Shown: positions 40,485-55,000, counted from the first letter of the stretch. The stretch is DNA of 64,000 nucleotides from Basidiobolus meristosporus CBS 931.73 (GCA_002104905.1 MCFE01000482.1:4164-68163), one strand, 5' to 3'. Numbers and translations: made by a program. The notes: generated by a model not told the origin, from the sequence alone.

Positions 40485-41076
40485 CTGTGGCATGAGTCTT
40501 GGAGATGTTAGAAGTGATTGGGAGAACAAGTGGACTAGGTGGTTTTCATGTTAAGATTTATTCTATGCACAATTGGTGTTTATACTCTTACCTGCTCTTG
40601 GAAGACCAAGCCATATGAGTGTGCTTAGAAAGATCCCAAGAGCATGTGTGCAAATTTTGGTTCTGTTTGGGCAACTTTAAGAATCTGAATGAACTAGGTA
40701 CCTGAAGTTTTGGTGAGAATATTGTAAATTCTGTAAGAGTTTTGGAGATACTGGAAGTGATATGGGAGGCCAAGTAGATGACATGGCTTTCACTTAATGA
40801 TTTATTGAATGTAAAAGTAGTATTTATACTTTTACATGGTCTGGCATAAAAAACATGCAGAGTGGGTTGCAAAAGGTCCCAAGAGCATGTGTGCAAAATT
40901 TGGGGCTGTTTGGACAACTTTGAGAATTTTCATGTTCTGGGTACCTGGTATTTGGTAAGAATATTCAAAGTAAATCCCAACAAGAAATTTGGTCAGTATT
41001 CCCAGGGATTTGAAGGTAATGATCTAAGTGACTAAGTTAAGTGAGCATTTAGGTGGAATCACAAATTTTTACAACA
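40485..41076 (-). repeat. Two stacked copia LTR fragments (second about 40729-41076)
   Basis: Repeated gagtcttggagat..gggagaac LTR blocks. Confidence 0.8.
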
Positions 41077-42451
41077 GTTATGAGCCCTGAACTGTCACTC
41101 ACTGCAATGCCTATTATTGCTATCACTGGAATTTTTCCCTCTGCTGAAAAGTTGGATGTATCTAACTACCAAGTGTGCAAGGTGAAGATGAAGATGCTGC
41201 TACAGGAAAGAGGCCTTTGGGATATGGTAATGTAGAAGAATGCCCTCCTAGAACTGTGGGAGAGTATGCTTTAAAGTACCAGAAGAAAAAACAAAGTGCC
41301 TTTAACTACCTTTGCCTCAATGTCAAAGACATATTGCTAATTCAATTCTCAAGAGCACAAATGGCAAGGAATGCCCAGGAAGGCATTAGAAGACACATAT
41401 CAGCCATATTCACCTGCTAAGAAAATATATCTTAGACAGTAATTCTTCACTTCCAAAATGCTGCCAGGAGAAGAAATGAAAGATCTAATTAACAAAATTA
41501 CCCTGCTGGTTGATGAGATAGAATATATGGGCATTCCAACTGCTGATGAAGATGTGATAGTTGTTGTAAAAAACTTATAATTCCATCTAAATATTCATGT
41601 AACTTAGTCACATAGATCATTACCTTCAAATCCTAGAGAATACAGACCAAATTGCTTGTTAGAACTTACTTGGAATATTTACCCCAAACATGAAAATTCT
41701 CAAAGTTGTCCTAACAGCCCCAGACTTTGCCCGCATGTTCTTGATGTTGTAAGAGTTTTGGAGATATTGGAAATGATTGGGAGAACAAGTAGAGCATGTG
41801 GTTTTCACTTAATGATTTATTGAATGTAAAGTAGTATTTATACTTTTACATGGTCTTGGCATTACAAGCATATAGAATAGGCTAAGAAAGGCCCCAAGAG
41901 CATGAGTGCAAAGTGTGGGGCTGTTTAGACAGCTTTGAGAATTTTCATGTTCTGGGTACCTGGTATTTTGGTGAAGACATTCCAAGTAAATCCCAACAAG
42001 GAATTTGGTCAGTATTCTCTAGGATTTGAGGGTAATGATCCAAGTGACTAAGTTAGGTGAATATTTAGGTGGAACTACAAACTTTTACAACACTCCCACT
42101 CAGCTAAATGTTCATACTGACTAGTCCTAATTTTGACCTAAGATATTCAAACTTGTCTCTAGCTAATGGTTTGGTAAATATGTCTGCAATCACTTCATCT
42201 GTAGGACAGTAAACTAAGCTAGCTAAGTTATTCTCTATAGCTTCACGTATGAAATGATGTCTAATATCTATGTGCTTAGTTCTAGCATGAAAAGTTGGAT
42301 TTCTACCTAATGGTATACATCCTTGATTTTCTTGAAATAAAGTAATAGGTGTTTTTTGACATAGGCCTAAATCTGTAAAAAGCTTTCTTAGCCACATTGC
42401 TTCTTTTGTAGCTTCACAGGCTGCCATGTACTCTGCCTCTGTGGTAGAAAG

Positions 42452-45400
42452 TGTTGTAAGAGTCTTGGAGATATTGGAAGTGATTGGGAGAACAAGTATA
42501 TTATGTGGTTTTCACATGCTGAATTATTGAATGTAAAAGTAGTATTTATACCTTTACCTGGTCTTTGCATTACAAACATGTAGAATAGGTTAAGAAAGGT
42601 CCCAAGAGCATGTGTGCAAAGTTTGGGGGTGTTTAGACAACTTTGAGAATTTCATGTTCTGGGTGCCTGGTATTTTGGTGACAATATTCCAAGTAAATCC
42701 AAACAAGGAATTTGGTCAGTATTTTCTAGGATTTGAGGGTAGTGATTTAAGTGACTAAGTTGGGTGAATATTTAGGTGGAGTTACAAACTTTACAACACT
42801 CCCACTCAGCTAAATGCTCATACTGACTAGTCCTAATTTTGACCCCAGATGTATAAACTTGTCTCTAGCTAATGGTTTGGTAAATATGTCTGCAATCACT
42901 TCATCTGTAGGACAGTAAACTAAGCTAACTAAGTTATTCTCTATAGCTTCACATATGAAATGATGTCTAATATCTATGTGCTTAGTTCTAGCATGAAAAG
43001 TTGGATTTCTACCTAATTGTATATATCCTTGATTATCTTGAAATATAGTAATAGGTGTTTTTTGACATAGAGCTAAATCTGTCAAGAGCTTTCTTAACCA
43101 CATTGCTTCTTTTGTAGCTTCACAGGCTGCCATGTACTCTGCCTCTGTGATAGAAAGTGCTACAGTTAGTTGCTTTCTTGAATTCCATGAAATTGCTCCT
43201 TTACAGTAAAGAAAGGTGTATCCTGTGGTGGATCTTCTGTCTTCTAAATTTTGACCCCAATCAGCAACAGAGTATCCCACAAGATCCTGTTCTGAATCCT
43301 TATAAGTGTATCTTAAGCAGATATCAGCAGTTCCTTTTGGGTATCTAAAAATCTGCTAACTGCTGCAATATGATCAGATCCATAGTTCTGATTATGTTGG
43401 CTGACAACTCCCACTGAATATGAGATATCTGGACATGTTCCAAGCATGATATACATCAGACTACCAACTATAGATTGATAAGGAAAGTCAGGGCTTTAAA
43501 ATGGCACCAAGCTCTCTTGATTTGGTCAAGTTTTGACCAAGTTAAGGTTTGCCTCCATTGGGGTAGCTGCTGGTTTTCATTCTTCTATTTGGTACTTCTT
43601 TAGTATACCTTGAATATACTTGGATTGGCTTAGGGTGATAGTCTGGGCACTTCTGTCTATGGAGAACTTAATCCCTAAGTAGTAACTAAGTTCTCCTAGA
43701 TTGGACATCTTGAACTCCTTAGATAGGCTGGATTTAGTCTCTTCCAATGTTTCTAGGTTATTGGTGGCTATAATAAGATCATCCACATATAGAGCTAATA
43801 GAACTGGATTTGCTCTATCTGGCTTATAGTATATACTATAGTCAGCATTACTCCTTTTGAAACTCAAAGATTCCAAACAAAAATCTATCTTGCAATTCCA
43901 GGCTCTTGGTGATTGTTTGAGACCATATAGTGACTTTTTAAGCTTGCAGACCAAATGGGGCTTATCTTAGTCAGCAAACCCATCAGGCTGGTCCATATAC
44001 ACGTCCCCATCAAGTTCTCCATTCAAAAATGCAGCTTTTACATCCATTTGATGAATAAAAAACTAATATTTGGCTGCAATAGCCAATTTTAATCTGATGG
44101 AATTAAACTTGGCTACTGGTGCAAAGGTCTCACTATGGTCAAGTCCTTTTGACTGACAGTATCCTTTGGGCACAAGGCTAGCTTTGTATCTTTCAATTGT
44201 ACTATCAGCCTTGTATTGTGTCTTGAAGACCCATCAGCATCCAAATGATTTTTGGTTGATTGGAAATTTGACCAAGTCCCAAGTTTGATTTTCCATCAGG
44301 GCCTGATATTCCTCAGTCATTGCAGATCTCCAGAACTTTGTCTGAGGGCTATTTAGGGCCACTTTTACAGTCTGGGGCTCATCAATATGGACTGAATAGG
44401 CATAGGCTAAGTTTGTACCCTCATTGATATGGTAATTTGGGCTATTTCTTGTCCAATTGGATCTCTAGGCGTTTGATACTGGAATGATCACTTCTGGGAT
44501 ATTCCTGGGCACTGATTCTGGCTGAACCATGGTTGTAGAGTCCTTTGGGGAGAAAAAATTTTCACTGTTTTGTGCTAATTCAATCCTGACAATTGGTGGA
44601 CTTGGGATCAGATTTTGTCATCATCTGATGTCATTTTTTGTGAAAATTTTGAATTTTCATCACACAGCACATCCCTGGATTTAATTGGCTTCTTTGCTTT
44701 GGTATTGTAGAGTCTGTATGCTTTACTCTCATTGCAGTAGCCCAAATATATGCATTTTACACTTGTTGGCTCAAATTTTGATTGATTTACCAGCAGTTTC
44801 TTGGCATATGCTGTATACCCAAATACTGTTAGATGTTCTGAACTTGGTCTGTATCCATACCATGCTTCAAATGGAGTAGAATCCCAAAGGTTTCTGCTAT
44901 AACTCCTATTTTTAAGATATACAGCAGTGGTAACTGATTCCGCCCAAAAATCATAGATTAGTTTTTGATCATGGATCATAGATCTTACCATATCAATTAT
45001 TGATCTGTTAGCATATTCTGCTACTCCATTATGCTGTGGGGAGTATGGTACAGTAGTCTCTTGCTTTATCCCATGAATTTTGCAGAAGTGGATGAAGAGT
45101 TTTGAGGTATATTATCCACCATTGTCAGAGCATATATTCTTGATTTTTTCACCATTTTCTCTCTCCACCATGGCTTTGAACTCCCTGAGCCTAGACAGAG
45201 CTTCTTCCTTTCTCTCCATGAAGTAGACCCATGTGTATCTGATATAATCATCAATAAAAGTGATTAAATACTTCATCCTGCCTAAGGATAAATTTTGCAT
45301 AGATCCACACAGATCTGAGTGAATTAGATCTAATTTTTTCTTAGTATTGATCAACCCAGAGCTCTTGAACAGTTGTCTGGCTTGTTTCCCATATATGCAG

Positions 45401-47934
45401 GCTTCACAGTGCTCCAAATTAGCTGGGGGATCAATCTTTACTCCAGCAATTAGCTGATCTTTGATCATGTGGCACAAATAAACAAAATTGATGTGCCCAA
45501 ATCTCCTGTGCCAAGGCATTAGTGTTTCTTCATTTAAGTTACTTATGTTGGCTTCCAAATATGATGGAATCTGAGTCAACTTGTATAGGTTCTAATCTCT
45601 GATACCCAAAGCAATATGGGCACCATTTTGATCAGTGATCTTGCATCCAGAATTGTCAAAGCTTAAATGAGTCCCTCTGCAGTGGCCTTGCTTACAGATA
45701 ATAGGTTCTTGGCTATTTCTGGTACATAGAGAACTTCTTTAAAGGTCAGTATTTGGCTTCCTTAACTGCTTCTTCCATTTATTTGGATAGTTCCTTCTCC
45801 CACTGCATCAAGTGTTCTTGTGTCACCCATGAACACCTTAATTGGAATTTCTTGATATTGGGTAAAAAGTCTTTTTGGTGTGTAAAGTGTTGAGATGCTC
45901 CAGAGTTGATATACCACATCTGAGAATCCTTGTTTGTGGTCATATATAGTGCAGATATGAATAGTCTATCTTCAGTTGTTGCTGCATTTCCATATTCAGG
46001 CTTCTTTTGCTGATTATCTTTCTTTTTGAAGCACTGGTCTGATGTGTGTCCATTCCATTTGCGGTAGTTACAAAACAGGTTGCTATTGCCTTTGTAGGGT
46101 CTTGGGTACCTCCTTTGTTGGTTATCATTGCTAATTAAAGCATTTTCTTCTTCCTTCTTATTGGCACTGTAGTGGGTAAACATACCTCTCACAGACAAGT
46201 TCACTCATATAGCCATTATGATATACTTATCCATATTTTATCTTATCAGTATTATCCCATTCTTCCTTTGCCCATATTATCAGTATTATCCCCATATGAT
46301 GTTTACCCTGATTAGTTATTAGCATTAGTTATCCCAGATGTTATTCAGCTTTGTGATCAGTTTATGTATCCACATAAGGCAAATACCCACATCAGTACCA
46401 ATTACACATGACCTAGATCTGTGTAACCATCCCTACCATTTCAATACCATATATGGTATTTCTATGTTGCACAGGTTTCACACTACTGATTCCTGATTGG
46501 TTGGATGTGCTGTGCCTTTTAGAAACTTCCAGGACATTCATGGCATATTTCTAGCTCATAGTGATGTCATCAAGAATTCCACTGATGCCAAGAATCTTCT
46601 AGAACCTTGTGATTAGTAATCACTTGGCAATCAGGAAAAGTATATAAGGGAACGCAATCCCTCATCAATAAATCATCCCTTCTATGAGTAACACTTCTAC
46701 CTTATTGATTAGCAGTTGATCACTGCACCTGCCTTCAACAGTACATCTCAGACCTGCCATCAAGGAGCTTTTCAGGGTAGCACACAAGACACACAGAGGC
46801 CTTTGGAGACACTTGGAGCACCTAGGAAGCTAGAGAAGCAGGAGCTTTTACCATAGTGACATACTGACAAAGACACCAGCAGTTTAGACACAGAGGCTAT
46901 TGCACCCATCAAACACTTCACACACCTTGAGTTGTGTAACTTCTCCCAGGAGTACCTCTACACCACCACAGCGCTTGATTTTCTTAATTCTTCATCCAGG
47001 AGCCTTCCATATACATAATTTAAGGTCAAATCTTCAGTTCCGGACTCTAGGGCTGATACAAGGCCTTAAAACTTGTCTGTCAGGCTATTCAGGATGGTAA
47101 CTATCACATCCTCATCAGCAGTTGGTACGCCCACAGATTCCATCTCATCTACCAGCAGGGTAATTCTGTTAGTTAGATTTCTCATTTCTTCTCCTGGCAG
47201 CATCTTTGTAGTAAAGAATTCTTGTCTCAGATACATTTTCTTAGCAGCTGAACATGACTGGTAGGTGTCTTCTAATGCCTTCCATGCATTCTTTGCCATT
47301 TTTGCTCTTGAGCAATGAATTAGCAATTTGTCCTTAACATTATGGCAAATGCAGTTCAAGGCACTTTGTTCTTTCTTCTAGTACTTCAAGGCTTCCTCTC
47401 CCACATTTTTAGGAGGGCATTCATCTCCCATGACAATATCCCAAAGGCCTCTTTCTTGTAGCAGCATCCTCATCTTCACCTTCCACACTTGGTAGTTAGA
47501 TCCATCCAGCTTTTCAGCAGAGGGAAAAACTCCAGTAATAGCAGTAGTAGACATTGCAGAGAGTGACAGCTTAGGGCTCATAGCCTGTTGTAAGAGTCTT
47601 GGAGATATTGGAAGTGAATGGGAGAACAAGTATATTATGTGGTTTTCACTTAATAATTTATTGAATGTATAAGTAGTATTTATACTTTTACATGGTCTTG
47701 GCATTACAAGCACATAGAATAGGTTAAGGAAGGTTCCAAGAGCATGTGTGCAAAGTTTGGGGCTGTTTGGACAACTTTGAAAATCTTCATGTTCTGAGTA
47801 CCTGGTATTTTGGAGAAAATATTCCAAGTAAATCCCAACAAGGAATTTGGTCAGTATTCTCTAGGATATGAAGGTAATGATCTAAGTGACTAAGTTAGGT
47901 GAATACTTAGGTGGGAATACAAATTTTTACAACA
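42452..47934 (-). mobile_element. Copia E, near full-length and degenerate (LTRs 42452-42798 and 47586-47934), nested in D
   Basis: All domains are present on the - strand with stops. The flanks do not form a TSD. Confidence 0.9.
46168..46970. mobile_element. Solo LTR of a second family (803 bp, probably Ty3/gypsy), 4-bp TSD GCAC/GCGC, in gag of copia E
   Basis: TGTAGTGG...CCACCACA, internal TATA-like and AATAAA sites. Near-identical copy at 61928-62731. Superfamily assignment is inference from the 4-bp TSD. Confidence 0.85.
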
Positions 47935-47950
47935 GCTTATGGTATATACT

Positions 47951-48161
47951 AGACTTGTTCTATTGTGCCATTGAACATAGTGCCAGAAAGTGCTGTATAT
48001 TTTGCTATTGATTTGATATTTTAGGGTCATATGCATGTCAACTTTGATCTCAAATTGGCACTGTATGGCACCATCTGGCACTCTGTGGCATGATCAGGCA
48101 CCATCTGGCATGCTATGGCACTATTGGGCACTATGATCAGCTGGAATGATGGAACAGGTCT
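47951..48161. mobile_element. Short MITE (211 bp) of the AGACTTGTTC family, TSD ACT
   Basis: AGACTTGTTC...GGAACAGGTCT, ACT at 47948-47950 and 48162-48164, internal GTGCCA/TGGCAC arrays. Confidence 0.9.
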
Positions 48162-51100
48162 ACTATAGTCAGCATTACTCCTTTTGAAACTCAAAGATTC
48201 CAAATAAAAATCTATCTTGCAATTCCTGGCTCTTGGTGATTGTTTGAGACCATACAGTGACTTTTAAGCCTGCAGACCAAATGGGGTCTATCTTGGTCAA
48301 CAAGCCCATCAGGCTAGTCCACATACACATCCTCATCAAGTTCTCCATTCAAAAATGCAGTTTTTACATCCATTTGATGAATAAAAAACTAATATTTGGC
48401 TGCAATAGCCAATTTTAATCTGATGGAATTAAACTTGGCTACCTGTGCAAAGGTCTCAGTATGGTCAAGTCCTTTTGTCTGAGAGTATCCTTTGGGCACA
48501 AGGCTTGCTCTGTATCTTTCAATTGTACTATCAGCCTTGTATTGTGTCTTGAAGACCCATCTGCATCCAATTGATTTTTGGTTGATTGGAAATTTGACCA
48601 AGTCCCAAGTTCAATTTTCCATCAGGGCCTGATATTCCTCAGGCATTGCAGATCTCCAGAACTCTGTCTGAGGGCTATTTAGGGCCACTTTTACAGTCTG
48701 GGGCTCATCAATATGGACTGAGTAGGCATAGGCTAAGTTTGTCCCCTTGTTAATATAGTAATTTGCACTATTTCTTGTCCAATTGGATCTCCAGGCATTT
48801 GATACTGGAATGATCACTTCTGGGATATTCCTGGGCACTGATTCACACTGAACCACCAATGTAGAGCTCTCTGGAGTAAAAAGACTTCATCATTTTACTC
48901 TGATTCAATCCTGACAATTGGTGGACTTGGGATCAGATTTTTGTCATCATCTGATGTCATTTTTTGTGAAAATATTGAATTTTCATCAAACAACACATCC
49001 CTGGACTTGATTAGCTACTTTACTTTGGTATTGTAGAGTCTGTATGCTTTACTCTCATTGCAGTAGCCCAAAAATATGCATTTTACACTTGTTGGCTCAT
49101 ATTTTGATTGATTTACTGGCAGTTTCTTGGTATTTGCTGTACACCCAAATATTCATAGATGCTCTGCACTTGATCTGTATTCATACCATGCTTCAAATGG
49201 AGTAGAATCCCAAAGGTTTCTGCTATAACTCCTATTTTTAAGATATACAGCAGTGGCAACTGATTCCGCCCAAAAATCATAGGATAATTTTTGATCTTGG
49301 ATGACATATCTTGCCATATCAATTATTGATCTATTAGCACATTCTGCTACTTCATTTTGCTGTGGGGAGTATGGTACAGTAGTCTCTTGCTTTATCCCAT
49401 GAATTTTGCAGAAGTGAATGAAGAGTATTGAGATATATCTTGCACCATTGTCAGAGCATGTTTTCTTGATTTTTTCACCAGTTTCTCTCTGCACAATGGC
49501 TTAAAGCTCCCTGAGCTTAGACAGAGCTTCTTCCCTTCTCTCCATGCAATAGACCCATATGTATCTGACATAATCATCAATAAAAGTGATTAAATAGTTT
49601 ATCCTGCCTAAGGATAAATTTTGCTTAGGTCCACACAGATCTGAGTGGATTAGATCTAATTTTTTCTTAGTTTTGATCAGCACAGAGCTATTGAATGGTT
49701 GTCTGGCTTGTTTCCCATATATGCAGGCTTCACAGTGCTCCAAATTGGCTGGGCAATCAATTCTTACTCCACAAATTTGCTGATCTTTGATCATTTTGCA
49801 CAAGTAATCAAAACTGATGTGTCCAAATCTCCTGTGCCAAATCATTGATGTTTCTTCATTTAAGTTACCTATATTGGCTTCCAAATATGATGGAATATAA
49901 GTTGACTTATGTAGATTCTGACCTCTGATTCCCAAGGCAATATGGGCACCATTTTGATCAGTGATCTTGCATCCAGAATTGACAAAGCTGAAACTGAGTC
50001 CTTCTGCAGTGGCCTTGCTTGCAGATAGTGAATTCTTGGCTATATCTGGCACATAGGGTACTTCTTTAAAGGTCAGTATTTGGCTTCCTTAACTGCTTCT
50101 TCCATTTATTTGGATAGTTCCTTCTCCCACTGCATCAAGTGTTCTACTGTCACCCATGAACACCTTCTTAATTGAAATTTCTTAATATTGGGTATAAAGT
50201 TCTTTTTGATGTGTAAAGTGTTGAGATGCTCCAGAGTCAATATACCACATCTGAGAATCCTTGTTTGTGGTCATATATAGTGCAGATATGAATAGTCTAT
50301 CTTCAGTTGTTGCAGCATTTCCATATTCAGGCTTTTTCTGCTGATTATAAATCTTTTTGAAGCACTGGTCTGATGTGTGTCCTTTCCTTTTGCAGTAGTT
50401 GCAAAACAGGTTGCTCTTGCCTTTGTACGGTCTTGGGTACCTCCTTTGCTGGTTATCACTGCTTATTAAAGCATTCTCTTCTTCCTTCTTATTGGCACTT
50501 GATTTTCTTAATTCTCCATCCAGGAGCCTTCCATATACATAATTTAAGGTCAAATCTTCAGTTCTGGACTCTAGGGCTGATACAAGGCCCTGCATCCTGT
50601 CTGTCAGGCGATTCAGGATGGTAACTATCACATCCTCATCAGTAGTTGGTATGCCCACAGATTCCATCTCATCTACCAGCAGGGTAATTCTGTTAATTAG
50701 ATTTTCATTTCTTCTCCTGGCAACATCTTTGTAGTAAGGAATTTTTGTCTCAGATACATTTTCTTAGCAGCTGAACATGACTGGTAGGTGTCTTTTAATG
50801 TCTTCCAGGCATTCTTTGCCATTTTTTCTCTTGGGCAATGAAGTAACAATTTGTCCTTAACATTATGGCAAATGCAGTTAAAGACACTTTGTTCTCTCTT
50901 CTAGTACATTAAGGCTTCCTCTCCCACGTTTTTAGGAGGGCATTCTTCTCCCATGACAACATCCCAAAAGCCTCTTTCTTGTAGCTGCATCTTTGTCTTC
51001 ACCATCCGCACTTGGTAGTTGGATCCATCTAACTTTTCAGCAGAGGGAAAAACTCCAGTAATAGCAGTAGTAGACATTGCAGAGAGTGACAGCTCATGGC

Positions 51101-52032
51101 TGGTAACCTGTTGTATGAGTTTTGGAGATATTGGAAGTGATTAGGAGAGCATGTGGATTTTGTGGTTTTCACTTAATAATTAATTGAATGTAAAAGTAGT
51201 ATTTATACTTTTACATGGTCTTGGCATTACAAGCACATAGAATAGGTTAAGGAAAGTTCCAAGAGCATGTGTGCAAAGTTTGGGGCTGTTTGGATAACTT
51301 TGAGAATCTTCATGTTCTGGGTACCTGGTTTTTTGGAGAAAATATTCCAAGTAAATCCCAACAAGGAATTTGGTCAGTATTCTCTAGGATTTGAGTGTAA
51401 TGATCCAAGTGACTAAGTTAGGTGAATATTTAGGTGGAATTACAAATTTTCACAACACTTGAGACCTTCCTTAACCTATTCTATATGCTTGTTATAACAA
51501 GACCATGTAAAAGTATAAAAACTACTTTACATTCAGTAAATCATTAAGTTAAAACCACATAAACTACTTGTCCTCCCATATCACTAACAAGATCTTCAAG
51601 ACTCTTACTACAATTGTTGCCATCCTGAATAGCCTAACAGACATGTGTCAGGGCCTTGCATGAGCCCTAGAGTACAGAACTGAAGATTTGTCCTTAAATT
51701 ATCTATATGCAGTGCTCCTGGATGAAGAATTAAAAGAAATCAAGTGTTAACAAGAAGGAAGAAGAAAATGGTTTAATAAGCAATGTTAACCAACAAAGGA
51801 GGTATCCAATGTGAGTACTATAAGTAATACCCACTCTTTGCCCAACAGTTCCCCCAGAGTCCTACCACAAGATGCAGATGTGTTGTCAAGACAAAATACA
51901 AGGCTGATGGTACAGTTGAAAGCTATAAAGCAAGACTTGTAGACAAAGGATACTCTCAAACAAAAGGAATTGAATAGATGGAGACCTTTGCACTGGTGGC
52001 CAAGTTTAATTCCATTGGGTCAATATTGACTA

Positions 52033-55000
52033 CTCTATGAGCAATAATTTGGTCCTTTGGGTGAATCCAATCTGGATCAGCCATCAGGATTACATTTAGA
52101 GACCATCATAACACCAGCAGCTTGGAATTAGTAACCCTCTTAAAAATCTTATGACAGGATCACAATGGCTTTAGCTAATTTACTGCCAAATAAACTTATA
52201 AAACTTTATGGGGTTTGATTGGTGCAGTGGCAATAATTGCATGGCATAGTAGCAGTTTTGATGCACTCTACAATTATTCTAAATGGATCTAACCAACCAG
52301 TACATCCAAATGCCTTATATGGCAAGAGACTTGATGGTGTTTTGATGACTTCTTTGCAAGTCTCTGATGGCATTATCATGGCAGTATGGCAGCCTACAGC
52401 TAGCTCTGTATAGTGCTACTGAACCGCTTTACCAAATGGTATTTCCTTTTTCTAGCTCACCTTGTGCAATTCATATATTCTACTGTAGATTCACCCCTCT
52501 TTATTTGCTTACCCACTACTACCTTGGGTATTCCACATATAGTTTGAATCAATAAATACTATGGCCTCATACTTGCAAACCTCTGCAAATGCACACACCT
52601 GCCGCAATTGACATACTGCTATTACCTCAACTTTGCAGCTTCTTTGTGATATACTTGCAGAGTTACCATATACCTTGTACTGCTGGTAACATATGCATCT
52701 TGCAACCATATGCTTGGTTGCACCATTTCTGCTGTGAATACCTCCTGAATATCTGCAAAGTGCTTTTTGGTATTTAGCAAATATATTCCTTCTCCCTGCT
52801 GGATTCTAGTCCCCCTTATAGGTGTACACTGGCTCTTGTTTGTGTGAATTCTGTATTGAATGGTGTAGAAGTGGGCTTGTGACCAAGAGAAACCCAGTAT
52901 ACTTTGGTTGAGCTTTTCTAATAAAAGTTAGTTGCTTGTTGCACCCAATCCAACTTTGCATTACTTAACTGCTTACCCACTCCTTGGGGCTGCTAAGCTT
53001 CTTAATGTCATAGGTATAGGTGTCTCAACGTGCACATTTTTCCTCAGTATTTTCCAACTCTTCCTGGTTGTCCTCCATGTATCAGCTCATCACATTCATC
53101 ACTGGCTTGAAGGTAATATTCTTGATGAGATTGGGATATGGTAGTATCAGCTACTTGACTTGTCTTCCTATCCCCCCACACACCCGCTCCATAGGAAACT
53201 CCCAAAAGGTGAAGCAATGCCCAATATTCTCCATACACCAAGCAAGATGGAGTAGAGAATGAATACAGTAGTGGCAGAGAACTACATGCTCAGCTTTGTG
53301 TGTGTAGTATAGCTGCTCAAGCCCGGTTACAAACTCCTTGCACAACAGCTGTAGATGTGTCAAGTTGGCATTGGTGATCCACTTTTCCCTATGAAAAATC
53401 TCAAACTTGGAATTCATATGATCTTCAGCTGGTATTTGGCTGGTACTCTAATCTTATTTTGCTGGTATTCAGCTGGTGATTATGGCTTGAAATTTCAAAT
53501 GCAATTTTTGTTGGAAGTTAAGGGTAGCTAAATACTAGATATGGTATGGATGCTAGCTGGCCTAGTCACCCCCTAGAGAGTTTTTTTGCTTGCCTGCCCA
53601 TCAACCAACAACAGTGATACTGAAAGTTGTCAATTTTGAGTAACTTGCAATTCAGACAATATTATGACAGTATTCTGCTGGCCTTTTCTTAATTTTCTTC
53701 TTAGGGTTTTGGATAAATATCCCTACAATGTGCCCATATGACTCCCAATGCTTCCAATGTACTCTTGGTAGGAGTGGCTTCAGAATGCCACTTGAATAAA
53801 TACATATTCAGTTCATCCAGTGTTTGCACTTGTACTGTTGCATATGCCTATAAATACTGATTGGAGCCTGCAAGAAATATTTAGGGTAGCAGATACTCTG
53901 TAATATCTTGCCAACTCTTTCAAATTTCCCTGGTATCTTAAAGGGCTCATTTAGCTTGAAATGCCCCATGTACAACTTGGTAATTAGCATAGGGATATTG
54001 TTGAAAAGCAAATGCATTACTCCCAGTTGAAAGCTTCTGCTCCAACTGATACCCTCTGTCTTAAGTATTTCCAGTTTCCAGTTGATCCCATATTCTAGCC
54101 AATGGCTTATAGCTTGCCAACTTTGCTACAATTGCATGCTGACTTCTGCATGTTCTCTCTGTGGGAAGATGATATTCTTAGCATTGGTGTTTGGGTAAAA
54201 ATAATGCATGTGGTTATGGAGTAAATCCTCTGGATCTCACACATTTGACAGCAATACTGTCAATTGTGCCCAGGAAAGCCAGCAATCTTACTGATGGCTG
54301 GGGTATCTCCAATGCAGATAATAATATGTGCTTTGACATGATAGCCATTCACTGTTGTCCCACTAGAAAGCATATAAAAGTCATCTGGTAATGGATACAG
54401 GTAGCTATCCAGGTTGAACAGTGCTTTAGGCCCAGATAAAAGTGTGAGTACAATCAGATTTCTACTCTGATATTGAAAGATACATGGCAGATTCAGGTTG
54501 ATGGGAGTCAGTAGCCAGCAGGATTTGCTGGTAGAGTACTTGCTTAATGAGAATCCATCAAGTGCTAAGGCAAAGGCATGGCCATACATACCTTCAGAGT
54601 AGCCCTTGCTTCTTAGCTGTTTGCGATGTTTGCCTACACATATATTGGATATGTTTACGCTTGATTTGTACTGAGCCTGGTACTTTATAGCTCATACCAA
54701 AGCATTAATGAAGCAATTAGGTGCAGTGGCTGATAGGATAGATGCAATGGCCTACAGACATCAGGAAGTAGTCAAGAAACAGAGTGAGTGGATAATATGT
54801 GTAGAGCAATCAATATCTCAGGTAGAGAAAGCAGTATCTTTGCGGCAAAGAAGCAACTCAAGTAGCTCAATGTTGCAGCCATGATTTGAGCCATTTCCCA
54901 ATGTAGCAGCTGAGGAACACTGTACAGTCTTTGAAGCACAACCACAGGACTTAAGGATAAAGCCCACAGAGAGGCCTATTGCTGCATAAGAGTGAGACAA

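Larger units (their letters stand above)
41745..51457 (-). mobile_element. Copia D (LTRs 41745-42092 and 51109-51457), 5-bp TSD CTTGA
   Basis: CTTGA at 41740-41744 and 51458-51462. Gag/PR/INT/RT remnants at 47935-51108 and RNaseH at 42104-42451. Confidence 0.9.
41562..51612 (+). repeat. Solo copia LTR split in two (41562-41744 and 51458-51612), TSD ATAGT/ATTGT, inserted in gag of C
   Basis: The two halves are contiguous LTR sequence around the duplicated CTTGA. Confidence 0.85.
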
